A stretch of DNA of 64,000 nt from Eledone cirrhosa (taxonomy: Eukaryota): NCBI GenBank assembly GCA_964016885.1, contig OZ024745.1, forward strand, positions 14,756,001 to 14,820,000, written 5' to 3'. Every line of letters begins with the position of its first letter. Within the stretch, counting starts at the first letter, position 1. Of the stretch, positions 13,715-29,784 are shown piece after piece. Position numbers and translations under genes: made by a program. The notes beneath the pieces were generated by a model. The model worked only from the letters and a program-made list of their open reading frames with translations, was not told where the DNA came from and searched no databases.

Positions 13715-13809
<95 letters not shown>

Positions 13810-13936
13810 AGTTATTCCGGGTTGAATGGGAGGTAACCACAGTAAGTAAGGTACTCAATACATAGTAGAGTATAAAAGTTTTAATATAGATGAGATTCTA
13901 CAGGACTAGAACTGTTTCATTCTTTAGAAATCAACA

Positions 13937-13989
13937 GAGATTCCTGATGATTTTTAAAGAATGAAACAGTTCTAGTCCTGTAGAATCTC
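13937..13989 (+). ncRNA. Type I hammerhead ribozyme within a ~100-bp palindrome (13889-13991)
   Basis: GAGATTC CTGATGA tttttaaagaat GAAAC AG ttctagtc CT GTA GAATCTC: 7-bp stem I, 4-bp stem III, weak stem II. Related to 63921-63971. Confidence 0.65.
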
Positions 13990-14123
13990 ATATATATATA
14001 TATATATAAATACAATTCTAATTTTACTTTTAATTTTCAGCACGGTCACCCGTAATTCGTTCGTTATGCAAATGAGGTTACTCAGCCAAATTGTTCGATA
14101 CAATCCATACGTACATATATATG

Positions 14124-14158
<35 letters not shown>

Positions 14159-16249
14159 GTGCGTATGTATGTAATTCTGTTTGGCTTATGAAGCGTTGCT
14201 TGGTACAGGTATTTTAACTTTGAGAAGGACACAAGAGTCTCCGCTCCCTACCAAATTTATTAATTTCCGCTACCCGAAGAGGTTCTTTTGACGAAAGTCT
14301 AAGTTTCAAGTTATCTTCTAAATCTGTTGTCTATATATTTCTAGTTGTAATTTTTATTACATTCTTAAATTTTCCTGTCCATTATTTTTGTTTTTGTCTT
14401 ACATGTATCTTACCAACAGTGTGGATCTCCAATCTGTTGGTTATACTAGCGTTAAAAGTGTAATTCTTCCTTAAGCATGAAATTGCACTGTACAAAGTGG
14501 CTGACGAGGTAACTGGGTGAAACTTCTGCCGTTATATCTAATTATCTAGCTATAATATTACCAGTCTGAACGAAAAGTATGACCACTACAGCTTAGAAAA
14601 GGATATATATCGATAAAACATACTGAAAACACAGGTCCGTTACACACTATTTCATATTCAGCGCAGGTCTACATATTCAGAGAGGAAGTCTGTACTTTCG
14701 TCAGGGATGATCCTGGTCTTTATCCAACAGGAGGTGAAGAAGAGCGGACATCTATCGAATATAATGTATGTGAGATACGAGATATGTCATGTTAAGTCTA
14801 TTTTTTATGTTAATTAGATCACGAAATACTGTACACACACGCGCATAGATACATGCGTACACACACTTAGCTTGATCTTCCTCAGAGAAATATATAACCA
14901 ATAAGACCATAACTTGACTATGACACGTCTATATATGCTCAATGCATCTATTTATATACCAATTTACACTGTCTTGGTATATCACATATTCCGGATGCTT
15001 ATAAATTACCCCCACCTTTTCTGGTATGTATGTGCATGATGGTGGGTGTGGGTTTGCTCAACGTAGTTGTTTTGTTACCGATAATACTGTTGGTCTGCTA
15101 GAGTTAACAGAAAAGTCTGTAAAAATTCAATCTAAATTCAAAAGATAAATATAATGGATACCATATATAAACTATAAAACCTGATCACATGATTGTGAAG
15201 CAGACGTCTTAATTACGCGGTTATTCCTATGTCAACATATAAATAGATAAACACTCAATTAAAGCACACACAAATTTACCAATGGGCGTTGCCATTTTTA
15301 ATTATTGTCTTTCCTCTAATCTACATGCGTTCATCATTAATAACAATAGGTTCCTGGGGAATGACTATAAAGTAACGGAAGAAATATACAAAATGACCCG
15401 TAAGTTCACAGAACTTATTTAGATTTATTGTCTAAAGATTTATTTTATTTATACAGGAAATAAAGGATAATTAACTCTAAAGTCTCATAATATAATTATC
15501 AAATGAATATATTTATAACAAGAAAATATGGAGGTAGGTTGTAATATTTATTGATACATTTCACCTTCATTGGAAAATATAGTTTGTATGGCATAAGATT
15601 TTGATGGGACGTCAACAGAGAAAGAAACAATATCATTTTCATACACTGTATACATGATAATTGATAAAAGAAATGTAGTTCACAATATTATGAAACAAAA
15701 ACCCCAGAGTAAAACTAGAGGAAAAATAGATAAAATATATGAAATTGATTATTTGATAAAACATATGGAGTCGTATAATGGAAGCCTCCAACTCCGAACA
15801 TTTTCCAGAAGAATATAGAAAGTAGGGCAGAAGGAACATCAAAGTCCTTTCAAATATAAAATCGATGTTGGATAAATCACTCAAAGAGTCAATCAATCTG
15901 TGGCACATTCACTGTTTAAAAGCAAAACGCGAGACTTGTGTATGTTTAGCTTACAACAACATATTCTGCCTCTACTGTGAATCACGCTATTATCAACCAA
16001 TCTCTCGTTCTCTCTCGCTCGCTCTTCCCCTCTATCTCTAGCTTTCTCTCTCTCTCATATAGATATATATACATATATGTATATATATATTTATATGTAT
16101 CTCTCTCTCTAGATACATATATACATATGGTAGGATCTAAACCGTATAAAGAACTCAATGTAATCCGTATGTAGAAGATGTCGTGAAGCAAAGTTTAAAA
16201 TACAAAAATGTTAACAACGATATAATTCAATTGGATACAGAGTCAAAAT

Positions 16250-16642
16250 AGAAATATTAAAACAATGAAATTAAACACAAAACTGTTAATTCATAGTAAA
16301 ACTCATTATTTTACGATCGTTTCTGGGGGCGGGGGGTAGTTCCCTGTATGTTCATTCAATTATTGATCTATGTAAAACATATTACAATATATCATAGTAA
16401 GAAAAATATATCATAGTCAGAAATAATGTTATATAATAAATAATATTATTTCTGAAGATGGCGGGTAGTGAAGACGTATGTATCTTTTTCTTACTATGAT
16501 ATTTTGTAATATGTTTTACATAGATCAATAATTGAATGAACATACAGGGAACTACCCCCCACCCCCAGAAACGATCGTAAAATAATGAGTTTTACTATGA
16601 ATTAACAGTTTTGTGTTTAATTTCATTGTTTTAATATTTCTA
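16250..16642. repeat. Long imperfect inverted repeat (~160-bp arms)
   Basis: 16250-16410 is the reverse complement of about 16485-16642, with a few mismatches. Abuts (TA)n. Confidence 0.85.
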
Positions 16643-18021
16643 TATATTTCTATATATATATATATATATATATACAAATATAATATACACACACTCATAA
16701 GTGTGTGCATATATATATCTATATATATGTATATATATATATGCACACACATATATATATCTATATATATGTATATATATATATGCACACACATATATAT
16801 ACAAACTGTTATGGTAGTGTCCCAGCATGGCCTTAATCCAATGACTAAATCCAAACCAGTGAAATAATATACTTACGTACATTTGTGAATACTTAAATCA
16901 GTTGAAGTGCAATAAAATATCTTCATTCATCAGTTTATATCGGAACGGGCACATTTACTCTCTTTCACACACACATATATGCCTGTTACTACAAGTCTCT
17001 ATATATTATCTATGTGTATATATGTTATACTACTCAAAAACTGTGTAAGCGTGAAGAGGCATGTTATAACATCAAGTAGTTAAGCACAAGAAAATACAGT
17101 CCATTATTTTCAGAGCACGCAACAACAAAGAATAAAATATTTGCAACGGGCTGAATGTAAATTGAGGAATATATCCAGGAAAAAAATAAAAATAAAGCAG
17201 AAATCAATATCGTATTTGCAAACAATGGTCAATTTTATCGCAAGAAATTTTATAGCCAAATTGCTTTGGAAAACATTGTAATTCCTTCCTAAACGGCTGA
17301 AAATTTTCGATAAGGATTTAATAAAAATTTTGGGCACTAGATGAAAAGAAGGATGCGTAAAGAAAATTTTAACTGATAGTATTAATGATATATAATAAAA
17401 AGGTAGCCAAATATATATGTTTAGTGCAATGTTTTTTTCTTGAGATAAGCGTTTAACGTTATGAGTAAAGTATGTTTTTTTTATCATATTCTTTAGTAGA
17501 ATTTCCTGAAATAAGATATAGTTCTTTATTCATTTATGTACGATGTTTGAATAAATAATTGAAGTATTTTTTCACATTTACTCTTTACATTGTCGCCATT
17601 CAGCTAGTTTATCACCACATTACACTCGTACCACATCGCACAGACAGACACACAAGCAAGAATATTCAGAAATGTGTATGTATAGCTACACAAATACATT
17701 CATATGTATGTGTACGTTTTAACGTGTTTTGTGTGTAAATTTACACAAACACATAACACGTATGGTTTGGAATATATTCGAGTTCAAGTTACATTTTCAT
17801 ATTTATATAACACGTTAATATACATTATGCGAAAATATTTACACAAATATTGTATCACCTCTTTTTATATACAAAACAGACTGCCACCAACAATATGTAT
17901 ATATATATATATATATATATATTTAAAGGTTAAACAAGGTTCAATGAATAAATCAATGAATGAGTTTTACAATAGATTGGAAGCACTCAACAGTAAGGGT
18001 TTGCCGGATTTATTAATATTA

Positions 18022-18342
18022 ATTCAAAATTTTAACAAAAATAGACATTCGTGTGATCAAATATATTTTATTATACATATTTCAGAGGTACTGAGCTATC
18101 TTCAACAGTACATCCTCATCAGATAAAATAAGATGATGCATGACATACCCTGACTTAGTAGATGGTTAAGATTCAGTCATGACTACCATGACTGAATCTT
18201 AACCATCTACTAAGACAGGGTATGTCATGCATCATCTTATTTTATCTGATCGGACGTACTGTTGAAGGTAGCTCAGTACCTCTGAAATATGTATAATAAA
18301 ATATACTTGATCAAACGAATGTCTATTTTTGTTAATATTTTG

Positions 18343-18345
<3 letters not shown>
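18022..18345. repeat. ~320-bp palindrome; left arm carries a hammerhead (18064-18130, minus)
   Basis: Centre near 18185. Minus strand reads TATTTTAT CTGATGA ggatGTACTG..CAGTACctct GAAAT atgt ATA ATAAAATA. The right-arm core is mutated (CTGATCG). Confidence 0.8.
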
Positions 18346-18421
<76 letters not shown>

Positions 18422-18435
18422 CTCTCTCTCTCTCT

Positions 18436-18505
<70 letters not shown>

Positions 18506-19967
18506 ATAAAATATGTAGGTTCCCGAATTGTGTCGGGGGAAGTGTAATCACAGTTAAAAATGTACTCAATAAATTGGTAGAATATATGAATTTTTATTAT
18601 ATATATGTATGTCTGTGTTTATGTGTGAGAATATTTGACTAGAAAATCATGATACAGAATGAGAAGGAACTTGGTATATACCAGTTCACAGCCTCATTCA
18701 ACTGATAGACTGTGACGTACCCTTGTAGAAGGAAACGGTATTAGCAGATAACTATTTCTTACACTCCTTTAGTGGACAGGTGAAAATCACTAGGACTATG
18801 TCTGGAAACATACGGCTTGAGAATTCCGTGCCACAGCATTTAAGTATATATGCATACATAGTCCTGCAATTCCTGAGGAATTCGTAGGGGCGCCGTATTG
18901 CCACATGACTTCTCTACGGCATTTTGTAAACCCGGAGGCGCCCAATCCTCTCTAGGTTTAAATACAGCAAATTTCTTCCTGAGAAGGAAAGAGTGAGAGA
19001 ATGGAATTGAGAAAGCGATATAGAGGATGAATCGACCCCAGTACTAGACTGGTACTTTTTTATCGATCTTGAATGGATAAAAAACAAATTTGACCTCGGC
19101 ATGATTTCAACAGATTTGAGCAGAGAGTCGAAACGGATACCTCAAAGCATTCTATCCGCCTATTGTAAAATAATAAGGAAAGGCAATAATTATAATGTTA
19201 AATCTACATCATATTGTGCAGCATTTCCAAATTCTTAATTTATGAAGTTTTTATTTTAATTAAATCACCACATTCTTACATATTGTTTTAACATGTCGTT
19301 ATAAGATGTATTGAAAAAAAAATCAACTGAAAATCATTTGCAAATCTTCAAATGCGATACCTAAAATAATTCTGCGCTTAAACACCATAAAAGTTTTCTT
19401 ATATAAAGTTCACCGACATTGAAAACATAAACAGCCTGTACGATAAAAGCAAATTGATTGCCAGCAGTATTAAATTCTCTTTTACATCATTATCTACGAA
19501 CAATGAATAAGATAATAGAGATTCCGAAGAACATATTATCACCGGTGGAAGTCATAAAAAGATTTTCTATTATATCTAAGTACAATACAATTATCTGTAA
19601 CGGTCAGTGAAACGAAGATATATGGTTTAGGTTATTATTAAGAATCATCACAAAAATAAGAACATTAGAGAAAACTAAGATATTTATTGCTGATGTAGAT
19701 TTGATAAACAACTGTATCAGGTTGAATAAGAAGCGTTATACCTAGGAAGAGTGAATTAGTATATATAATATATTAATATATTGTTCAATGCACACACAAA
19801 CACATACACACACACACACATACATAGACACATACACACACAATTTCTTTTTCGAATTTGTTTCATAAACTCGTGATGTGCAATCTTGTTTTGAAAGAAA
19901 TATTGTACTTTGGGAGGGCCAGTATATAAATAAAAGCAGTGGTTTATTATTATTACTTCATATATAA

Positions 19968-20160
19968 GGGCGGTGGATTGGCAGTATCGGTAGAGGGTCG
20001 GACGCCATGCTTTCCAGCATAGTTACGTCCCTTAGCGGTCTGAGTTCAAATCCCGCCGAATTCAACTTTGCCTTTCATCCTTACGGGGGGTCGATAAAAT
20101 AAAGTACCAGTAATACATTGGAGAATTGCTGGCCTTGTGCCAAAAGTAGAAACAATTATT
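19968..20160 (+). mobile_element. Near full-length tRNA-derived SINE with target-site duplication
   Basis: A-box-like tggcagtatcgg, B-box gagttcaaatcc, 3' agaaacaattatt; flanked by ttattactt(c/t)atatata. Confidence 0.9.
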
Positions 20161-20287
20161 ACTTTATATATATATATATATATATATATAAGCAAAAGGG
20201 ATATTCAATTTGTTGGTTATTGAACAAATATAAATGTTTATAACTGATTCAAAGCACTCGACAGTTTTTCTGGAGTATAATATTCAA

Positions 20288-20607
20288 TGATATTAAATAA
20301 ATGGAAACTATATTTATAAAACCATATTTATTCTATTATATATATTTCAAGGGTACCAAAACTTTGGTACGGTCTCATCAGATAAAATACAAAGTTTGTT
20401 TTATAAATATTGACATAACCTTGAAAAACTTGAACTATCCAGGAAAAACTTGAACCGTTAAGTTATTTTTTCCTGATTATGTCAATATTTATAAAACAAA
20501 CTTTGTATTTCATCTGATGAGAGCGTACCAAAGTTTTGGTACCCTTGAAATATATATAATAGAATAAATATGGTTTTATAAATATAGTTTCCATTTATTT
20601 AATATCA
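20288..20607. repeat. ~320-bp palindrome with a hammerhead in each arm (20329-20389 minus, 20506-20566 plus)
   Basis: CTGATGA ga(c/g)cGTACCAAA gt TTTGGTACcctt GAAAT atat ATA. Same family as 18064-18130. Embedded in (TA)n. Confidence 0.8.
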
Positions 20608-20610
20608 TCG

Positions 20611-20642
<32 letters not shown>

Positions 20643-21364
20643 CCAATTGCAAATGACCAAGTTAGCTAGGAATTCTGGCTTTTACTTAATAATTTTTGCG
20701 AAACAGATTTAGGTCTGTCCGGGTATCACGGACTTAATTGTAAAATACTATTTTGAGTTTCTAACTAAATCTATGATATATATATAACCGAATTCACAGA
20801 CTAGACCCCCTTCTTCCTCCCGTTAGACCTGTGCGAAATTCCTTCCTTGCTCACATTTCAACCAGGTTTGATGGTCTTTATTCTCTCTCGTTCACGATTT
20901 CACCGAATTTAAATTCATAGAAATTTGGGACTTGACTCCTTCTTCCTCACTTTTCGTTGCTTCACCATTTTTGTTTGTTTACACTCGTGTCCCCTTTATT
21001 TACGTGTCCCAACGACTTTTTTTAGTCGTTGCTCGCACCAACCGGAGGTATATGGTCTTTAAAGCGATGAAATACCAATGATGGTTGGAAGATCACTGAT
21101 GAAGGACTAACTTTATTCATATATATATATATATATATATATTCATTATCATTAGGCTAAAAAGTTAGTCTTGTTTATCACAGACCCTGTGATAAACAGG
21201 TGAAACTCCAAAGTAATAAGACACACTCTTTAGCCTTAATAATAATGAATATTTAAACTCCACTTCGGTATTGAGTACTCCGTTCTCTCAGCCATCATCA
21301 ACTACATACGGATATATATGACAGTCGATAACTTGTCGATTGACTATCGACGGATATATATATA

Positions 21365-21550
21365 TAATTGTTTCTACTTTTGGCACAAGGCCAGCAAATA
21401 ACCAGTGTATTACTGGTACTTTATTTTATCGACCCCGTAAGGATGAAAGGCAAAGTTGACTTCGGCGGGATTTGAGCTCAGAATAGAAAGGGCCGTAACT
21501 CTATTCGCCAAAGCATGACGTCCGACCCTCTACCGATACTGCTAATCCAC
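21365..21550 (-). mobile_element. tRNA-derived SINE
   Basis: Reverse complement of the 19968-20160 family. Confidence 0.9.
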
Positions 21551-21559
21551 TATGAAACG

Positions 21560-23620
21560 AAGTTATCGACATAACCTTTATTATCACAACCAACATTGAT
21601 GTTGCTTAGGGAATACCAGGCAACACTAGTAGACTAGGAACACTTCAACGTTTTCACACCCTCCTTTGTGCTTTAACTACTGCTGGTTGTCCAGAACCTT
21701 TTCGAGCTATTCTCAGTAGGCATGTTGCCTGGAGCGGATCAATCCCTGGTACAACGTTTATCTTCAACAGTTAGTTATGAAGGTCCTTTTGTTTACATAC
21801 CATGAGCGCCAACCACCAGTAGACACAATGGAGACTGTCTTCGCTTCATTACTCCAGCATTTCAAAATCTCATATTTTAGGTCGGTATAAATCCCTGTTA
21901 TCTCTTTTCCTTCAATTGTAGTGCAACGAGGCTACACTGCATCTATGAAAGTACAAGCTCTCTCCTTCTCAATTACAACAATCTCTGGTTTGGTGTGCTC
22001 AGTGTTTGATAGCTTTTTTTCTGCATATGGAAATCCATACTTTTCACACAAGCTCCAACCGCCAACAATAGAACCGTTTCTCTCTTATTTTTTATATAGA
22101 AGCCCATACCGCTTTCTTCTACATTGACAGCAACCTGTACACTCAGCAATCTTTTAACTCCCTCTGTCTTTTCCAATACAGTCTGTCTGCATCACCTTCT
22201 GGGTGCATATATCAAGCGAGTCTTCTAGTTTGCAACTTTACTTTCGTCAACGTATCTAATAGAAACCACTCTGGCGTTTATTGCCTGCACAGTATTTTTA
22301 CCATTCAAAGTAGACTTGAGGACCGTCCTCAATCTTCGAAAGTATTCTTTTCTGACAATTTCTTTCAATTCTTTTGCTATTTACTTCATGGTTTTGTAAT
22401 ACAACTAGGTATTTATGAACTTCGTCTGTTTGCAGTGACTTGATTCTTCTACCGTTTGATAGTTCGATTCCTATATATATATATATATATATACGTGAGG
22501 TCAGTTACAGACACATCTATGTGGTCTTTAGAACTGAATCCCGTTGATAACGCGCACTCCTAGTTCAGTCAGGATACGAGAAACTTAACATCCTTTATGT
22601 AAGTGGACAGTAAATGACTTACGGAGCCGCAGAAACCCCAACACTGGACTTTACCATCATTCCAGGGGTCCGGTGAGTATAAAACATTTATGCTTTCATA
22701 TATTTTTTTATCTGTATATCTGTTTGACCCGAAATAGGAGATCGAATCTTCGCTGTGTGGATAATTAGTTTAACCACCATCTCAGTGTGTTTGACCTTTA
22801 ACGTAAGTTGTAAGCTCTAATTCTTTTGAATTATTGAGCGCTTGCCTCACAATTCGAAAGTGTTTTTTCGTTATTTCATAGGCTGAAATTCGATTCTCGC
22901 TAATTTTTACTTGTATATATACATATATATGTTCCTGTAGGAGCTTCCACCTTAAGGTAGATATGTAATTAGTCCAAAATCCGAAACTTCGTTACTCTTT
23001 CTCTCATCATTCTGTGTCATCCATTTTGGTATATCTCCAGAAGTTAAGACTTCAGCTAATTGTGCAGTTATTACTTCATGTACGTTGCTGACGTTTGTTA
23101 GGGTCCATTTACACGATCTCGTCCACTTGCTTTCCATTTTGCCATTTTAACAATTGGCTTTTCACCATCTCTTTCGTTATTTTGATGTTTCTTCCTTCTT
23201 GAAATCTGTTACCTGCTTCCCAACCTATTTTATCCAGTCTGCCTTATTATTGGGTTGAAGAGATTCTACTCCAAATGTTATTCCGAAAGCCATGCTTTCT
23301 TCAGCATCTGACCTTACATCTTTGATCCTTTTGATTCCAGTTTCTCAAACAATATTTTTTGGTTGATTTGAAGAGTCTATTCTGCATTTATTGGTTATTT
23401 CTTTCTTCGTATTTCTTTAGTTTTGCAGTCTTTGCTTTTATTCATTGCATCAACTCCTTCACCACCGAATTCCCTTATTCTTCACATGGTATTGTCTTTC
23501 TGGTGCTTCTATTTTCCATTCCTACAGTAACCTTCCATTTTCCATTGTTCACGTTTGCTTGGTTCCTTTCTCAATTTCGTAACACTGTCCTGAACTCTTC
23601 TCAAATCATAGTTCGCTGTA
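21560..23620 (-). mobile_element. Degenerate R4/Dong-like LINE RT remnant, interrupted at about 22473-22925 by a (TA)n-flanked insert
   Basis: Minus frames: VHEVITAQLAEVLTSGDIPKWMT..DFGLITYLP, KYLVV, EYFRRLRTVLKSTLNGKNTVQAINA. Many stops and frameshifts. Clade assignment from motif recall. Confidence 0.7.
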
Positions 23621-23634
23621 CTATGTGGTGTGGA

Positions 23635-23900
23635 TGCACGTGGCCTAGTGGTAAGGGAGTTTGTTGGGCTTACCATCATAATGTCGTGCGTTCGATTCCT
23701 GGAATAGTTGGGTGTTGTCTCGTTGCGCAAAACACTTAATTTCACGTTGCTCCAGTATACTCAGCTGAGAATGAGTACCAACAATAGCTGGGAGTTTAAC
23801 CCTGTGATGAACTGAAGTATTGTACACCCAGTCGCTTCACGCCATGAAAACTGAGATTAGCACTGACTTGATGAGCCTCCTGCCTCGAGACAGACTTTAG
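23635..23900 (+). mobile_element. Second tRNA-derived SINE family
   Basis: A-box tggcctagtgg, B-box gttcgattcc, core atttcacgttgctccagt.tactcagctg. Confidence 0.75.
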
Positions 23901-24905
23901 ATGTTTTAGTACTATGTGCTACATATAGTTTACGTTATCTGACACTGCGTTGAGACAATATAGGTTGTAGTAGAATTTGACACTTCTGTGAGCTATTTGA
24001 CAACGTAATTATATAGTTCTTTTATATTTAAAATATTTCAGAGTAGGAAACACGTATGCTGCCATCTAAACTTTCAATTTCATTTCACGATTTCTTTTTC
24101 AAACATATACACTACCATTGTTCTTTCTGAACTAACTGGTTCGTATATTTCTCGCTCCAGTTATTCGATGTTTCGAACTTCTTCTGTTTGATAAATTTGC
24201 GTTTCTTGGATACATATTGAATATGTAATACGATATATTCCAGAAGTGATGCCTAGACATCCAATTATATTGACTGTCAGTTTAATATAAGGCGTCTTTC
24301 AATATTGATATATTCGCGATCTATTAGTTTCCGGTGTTGTACACATCTTTAGATATGAACATTTTGTTTATAAAACTTTGCTCCTGAAATAATATTCAGA
24401 TACAATGTTAGATGTTATTAAAGTGTGTGGGATTCCACTTTATCGCCTATTGTTTTGACAAAATATTTTCTCTATTAGTAGCTATGATGTCCTGTCAAAC
24501 TCTGATGAAAATACAATTCCACAGTGCAAGACATTATAAGGAACACCTGGAGATTTTGTGATAGAAACAGTTGATTTAGATAAACAACATTCATAGTGTC
24601 ATACTTTAGGCTTAAGCTGGAAAATGAAATGGCTTAGCTTTTATTGAAAATGATTATGAATATCCTGGACTGGAAGGTAATTTTGTATTGTTAGGTTCAC
24701 GAACATAATTAAGTCAACGAGATGATTGTGAATTAAAGTTTGTAAATGCATTTCAATAAGTAAAATAGTATACGCTTCAAGGATGGCATTCAATAAAGAA
24801 AACGCATTGTTATAAGGGTAAATGTACATATCCTTTGACTCTTCAAACCTAACAATTTAATAAATACAAAGGCAATTCTAGGGTTTTCAACAAACTTTGC
24901 AATGC

Positions 24906-24991
<86 letters not shown>

Positions 24992-25044
24992 CGTTTCTGA
25001 ATTTGTTTAGCTAGATTCTTTATCTGAAAACGTGTGTTGAAACC

Positions 25045-26543
<1,499 letters not shown>

Positions 26544-26544
26544 C

Positions 26545-26722
26545 GAAGGAAGTGTGGTAAGGAACCAGGTGGACCATAACTCACCAGAGTACTCGATACT
26601 TTGGGTAGTAGAGTGGATAATCGGAAAAGGGTCAGGACCCCGACGGCAGAGCTCAAGCCGTTTCGACGGCTATAGCCGTCGAAACAGCTTGAGCTGCCGT
26701 CGGGGTCCTGACTCTTTTCCTA
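26545..26722. repeat. Copy of the 3005-3630 family with a fold-back palindrome
   Basis: Centre gacggctatagccgtc near 26672. Confidence 0.8.
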
Positions 26723-29154
26723 TATATATATATATATATACACGAGGGTACGCAAAATATTATCTACACTTTCAGCAAAACATGTCTTTAAGTTTGTCAC
26801 AATGCTTTCTGCTCGTGCGGGCTTATAGTTGTTAGGATTTTAGTCATGTGATAGAAGTTTGAGCGTGATCGCACCAGTTTTCTTGCTGCTGTTACCTTGT
26901 AAACACAGCTGAAGTGGACTGCTTATTCTAGCAACCCGTTACTTGCCCTTGTCCACCTACAACTGCCCTTCTTCTAATCGTTAATCACGTGATAATTCTT
27001 CCATTCGAAATTATCGCGTGTAACGGATAACTCGGAAAAATTTGTCTTGTTTGAGACGTTTCCTGATGAGCTGGGACTTCTCACAGTACTGCGATTACTC
27101 AGCGAAACATCAACGTAAATAGGTAAAAAAATGTTCTTATCTTGTTTACTTTTCCCAAATACAATTATATATATATATAGATAGATAGATATAGATAGAT
27201 AGTCGACCCTCAATCAACGAAAATAAAGCATTCTTGAAGAAAAGACTCCCGACTATTGAAAGAACATCTGTTCTGCTCAGTTCGTTCTTGCCAACATGTT
27301 AAACATTGCAGTGATGACTGCAGATTTGAAGCAACAGAAAATGACGTATTCTTCACTCGCCTTGGAGGTCCAATGATACAATCGTTCCAACGAAACACAT
27401 GATGATGCTACGTTTAACGAATACAACATTAATTATATACACGATAGAAAAGATTACCTATTCGAGTGTATAGGGGAATAATCAACTGAAAAATATACAT
27501 GAAAGAGAATTCCCAGGAAATGTTTTGTTCATTAATTTATTTCTAGATGGCAAAGATTATCTTTTGTTCACTTTCGAAATACACAGAATTTAGGTGGCTA
27601 GTAATAAGTAAATTACTAAAAGGTTATTCAGAAAATAGATCTTATCAACATTTTAGCAAATAGAAAAGTCGGTATACTATTATTATCATAGTCAAGTAGT
27701 ACCTTTACGGATCCCAAAGACACATACAGAGCTAAAACGGAATAAGATCATGTCTATCCAAAATCGAGAAAATTTCACCAATGTATGGTAGCCCCTTTCC
27801 TATATTCAAATCTTAAGAAAGCGTTAATGTAGCTGCGTAAACCTCGTACTTCTAAAGCGATTCGACAATACAGCATCATGGCGAAATTTCTTCGAGAGTA
27901 ATCTCGGACCGGTCACTATATAGTAACCGAAGTTTGGCCGACTAAAACTGTGGGGAACCAAAGCCGACCCTCAATCACTCATATTGAAAACAAAATCCTT
28001 GGTTTGTTACATTTTCAAACAGTAGCAGAATGGAACTTGGAAATACAATTGTGTTTATATGTTTATAATACGGAGAATATGTTTTATAATTTATTAATTC
28101 ACTAAATATTTTCCCAGTGTTTGAAGGTGAACATTAATGCGTCAACGGATTGATAAAACTACATTTGTGATAGTGATGTTACCTAATGCGTATCCAAGAA
28201 ATGTCCTTCACGAAATGAATTAACCGTCAGATAAAATCGAAGCGATAATATAAACCCATGAATCTATATATTGCAGAAACTTCCACATCAATATCATAGA
28301 TATTGAACGTCTCAACACCAAACGAATACAAGTAGCTCAATGAAGTTTCTCTCTTAAATATCACTTAGTAATCATCGTTAATAGAGCGTCAACATTTACA
28401 AAAAGAAATAAAGTTCTGTGTATCTGGAAAGAACACATTTTACAGCACGTGACGATAACTAAAAATTACACCAAATGTACAACTTTATCTAAATGCTGTT
28501 AAGCGAACATATCTCTTTATATATCAGAAGAATTTTATATAGAAGTATGATAATTGAAAAAGCTTTACATCACCAAATTTAGATAGGCAAAGAAAGGGAT
28601 TTTTACAGCGCCCAAGAAACTAAAAATATAATCGGAACACCTAATCCACAAAGTGGGTGAAAATGTGTGCCTGGCAATGTACTAAGATCCAACAAACCCT
28701 TTTAAATACTTATCAAGAATCACCTAATATATTTCCATGTTTTTAGAAGAATTAGAGTTTTTCGAGATTTGCTCTCCTATTACACTCAGCACTGATTTAA
28801 CGTTCTTGCGAACCTTGACACAATCTCTTTAAACCACGCCTATGAGTGTGTCCGGCATGAGAACAACCTAGGTAACTTACTAATATACGCTTTACATCAG
28901 TCATTGCTAAGGTAAAATACTCCTTGCTAAATAGACCAATATAATGCCTGAACGTATGTGTATCACATACGAAACACACATACCTGAATACCAAACCTCT
29001 AAAAACACCTGTATATAAACATTTCTGTTGAACACATACCTAGTTAGTAATATCACCTTAAATCACATGCCTGTCTGCCAACAACTCTAGGTACTTGCAC
29101 ATCAACATCCTTACAGAACAGAATATCTTCCTGTATATCAACATATCAAAATAC

Positions 29155-29347
29155 GAATAATTGTTTCTACTTTTGGCACAAGGCCAGCAATTATCCAGTA
29201 CATTACTGGTACTTTATTTTATCGACCACGTAAGGATGAAAGGCAAAGTTAACCTCGGCGGGATTTGAACTCAGTTCGTAAAGGGGCGTAACTATGCTGG
29301 AAAGAATGTCGTCGAACCCCCTACCGATACTGCCAATCCACCGCCCT
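29155..29347 (-). mobile_element. tRNA-derived SINE
   Basis: Full-length reverse copy with an imperfect TSD, tcaaaata..aataat. Confidence 0.9.
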
Positions 29348-29576
29348 CAAAATATAAATAATACGATCTTAAGTTATCAAACACTGTATTTCAATGTCAG
29401 GCATGTTTATTACTTCAATCTTCCTTTCATTTCCTGTTTTTAAATAGCTGTTGTGTTGTTATTTGATATAGATGTGTTTCTGATGTTTTTGATTTATATT
29501 AAAAAAACGTTTTAGTAAAACAAAGAATAACTTACAATAGAATATAATTTCTTCTAATTGTCTAATCATTTACTTC

Positions 29577-29756
29577 ATTGGTAGTATTGGTAGAAGGTTG
29601 GCGCCATGCTTTCCAACATAGTTACGTCCCTTTGTGGTCTGAGTTAAAATCCTGTCGAGGTTAACTTTGCTTTTCATTCTTACGGGGTCGATAAAATAAA
29701 GTGCCAGTAATGCACTGGGTTATTGCTGGCCTTGTGCCAAAAATAGAAACAATTAT
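29577..29756 (+). mobile_element. tRNA-derived SINE
   Basis: Same family, forward orientation. Confidence 0.85.
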
Positions 29757-29784
29757 ACTATATACATAGTAATAAAATACTACA

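Noticed and set aside
22540-22612. Further TTGATAA..GAAAC hammerhead
   Set aside because: Stem I does not pair and the triplet would be GTG.
26739-27420. Tc1/mariner remnant (tacacgaggg start)
   Set aside because: No matching second TIR or transposase motif could be identified.
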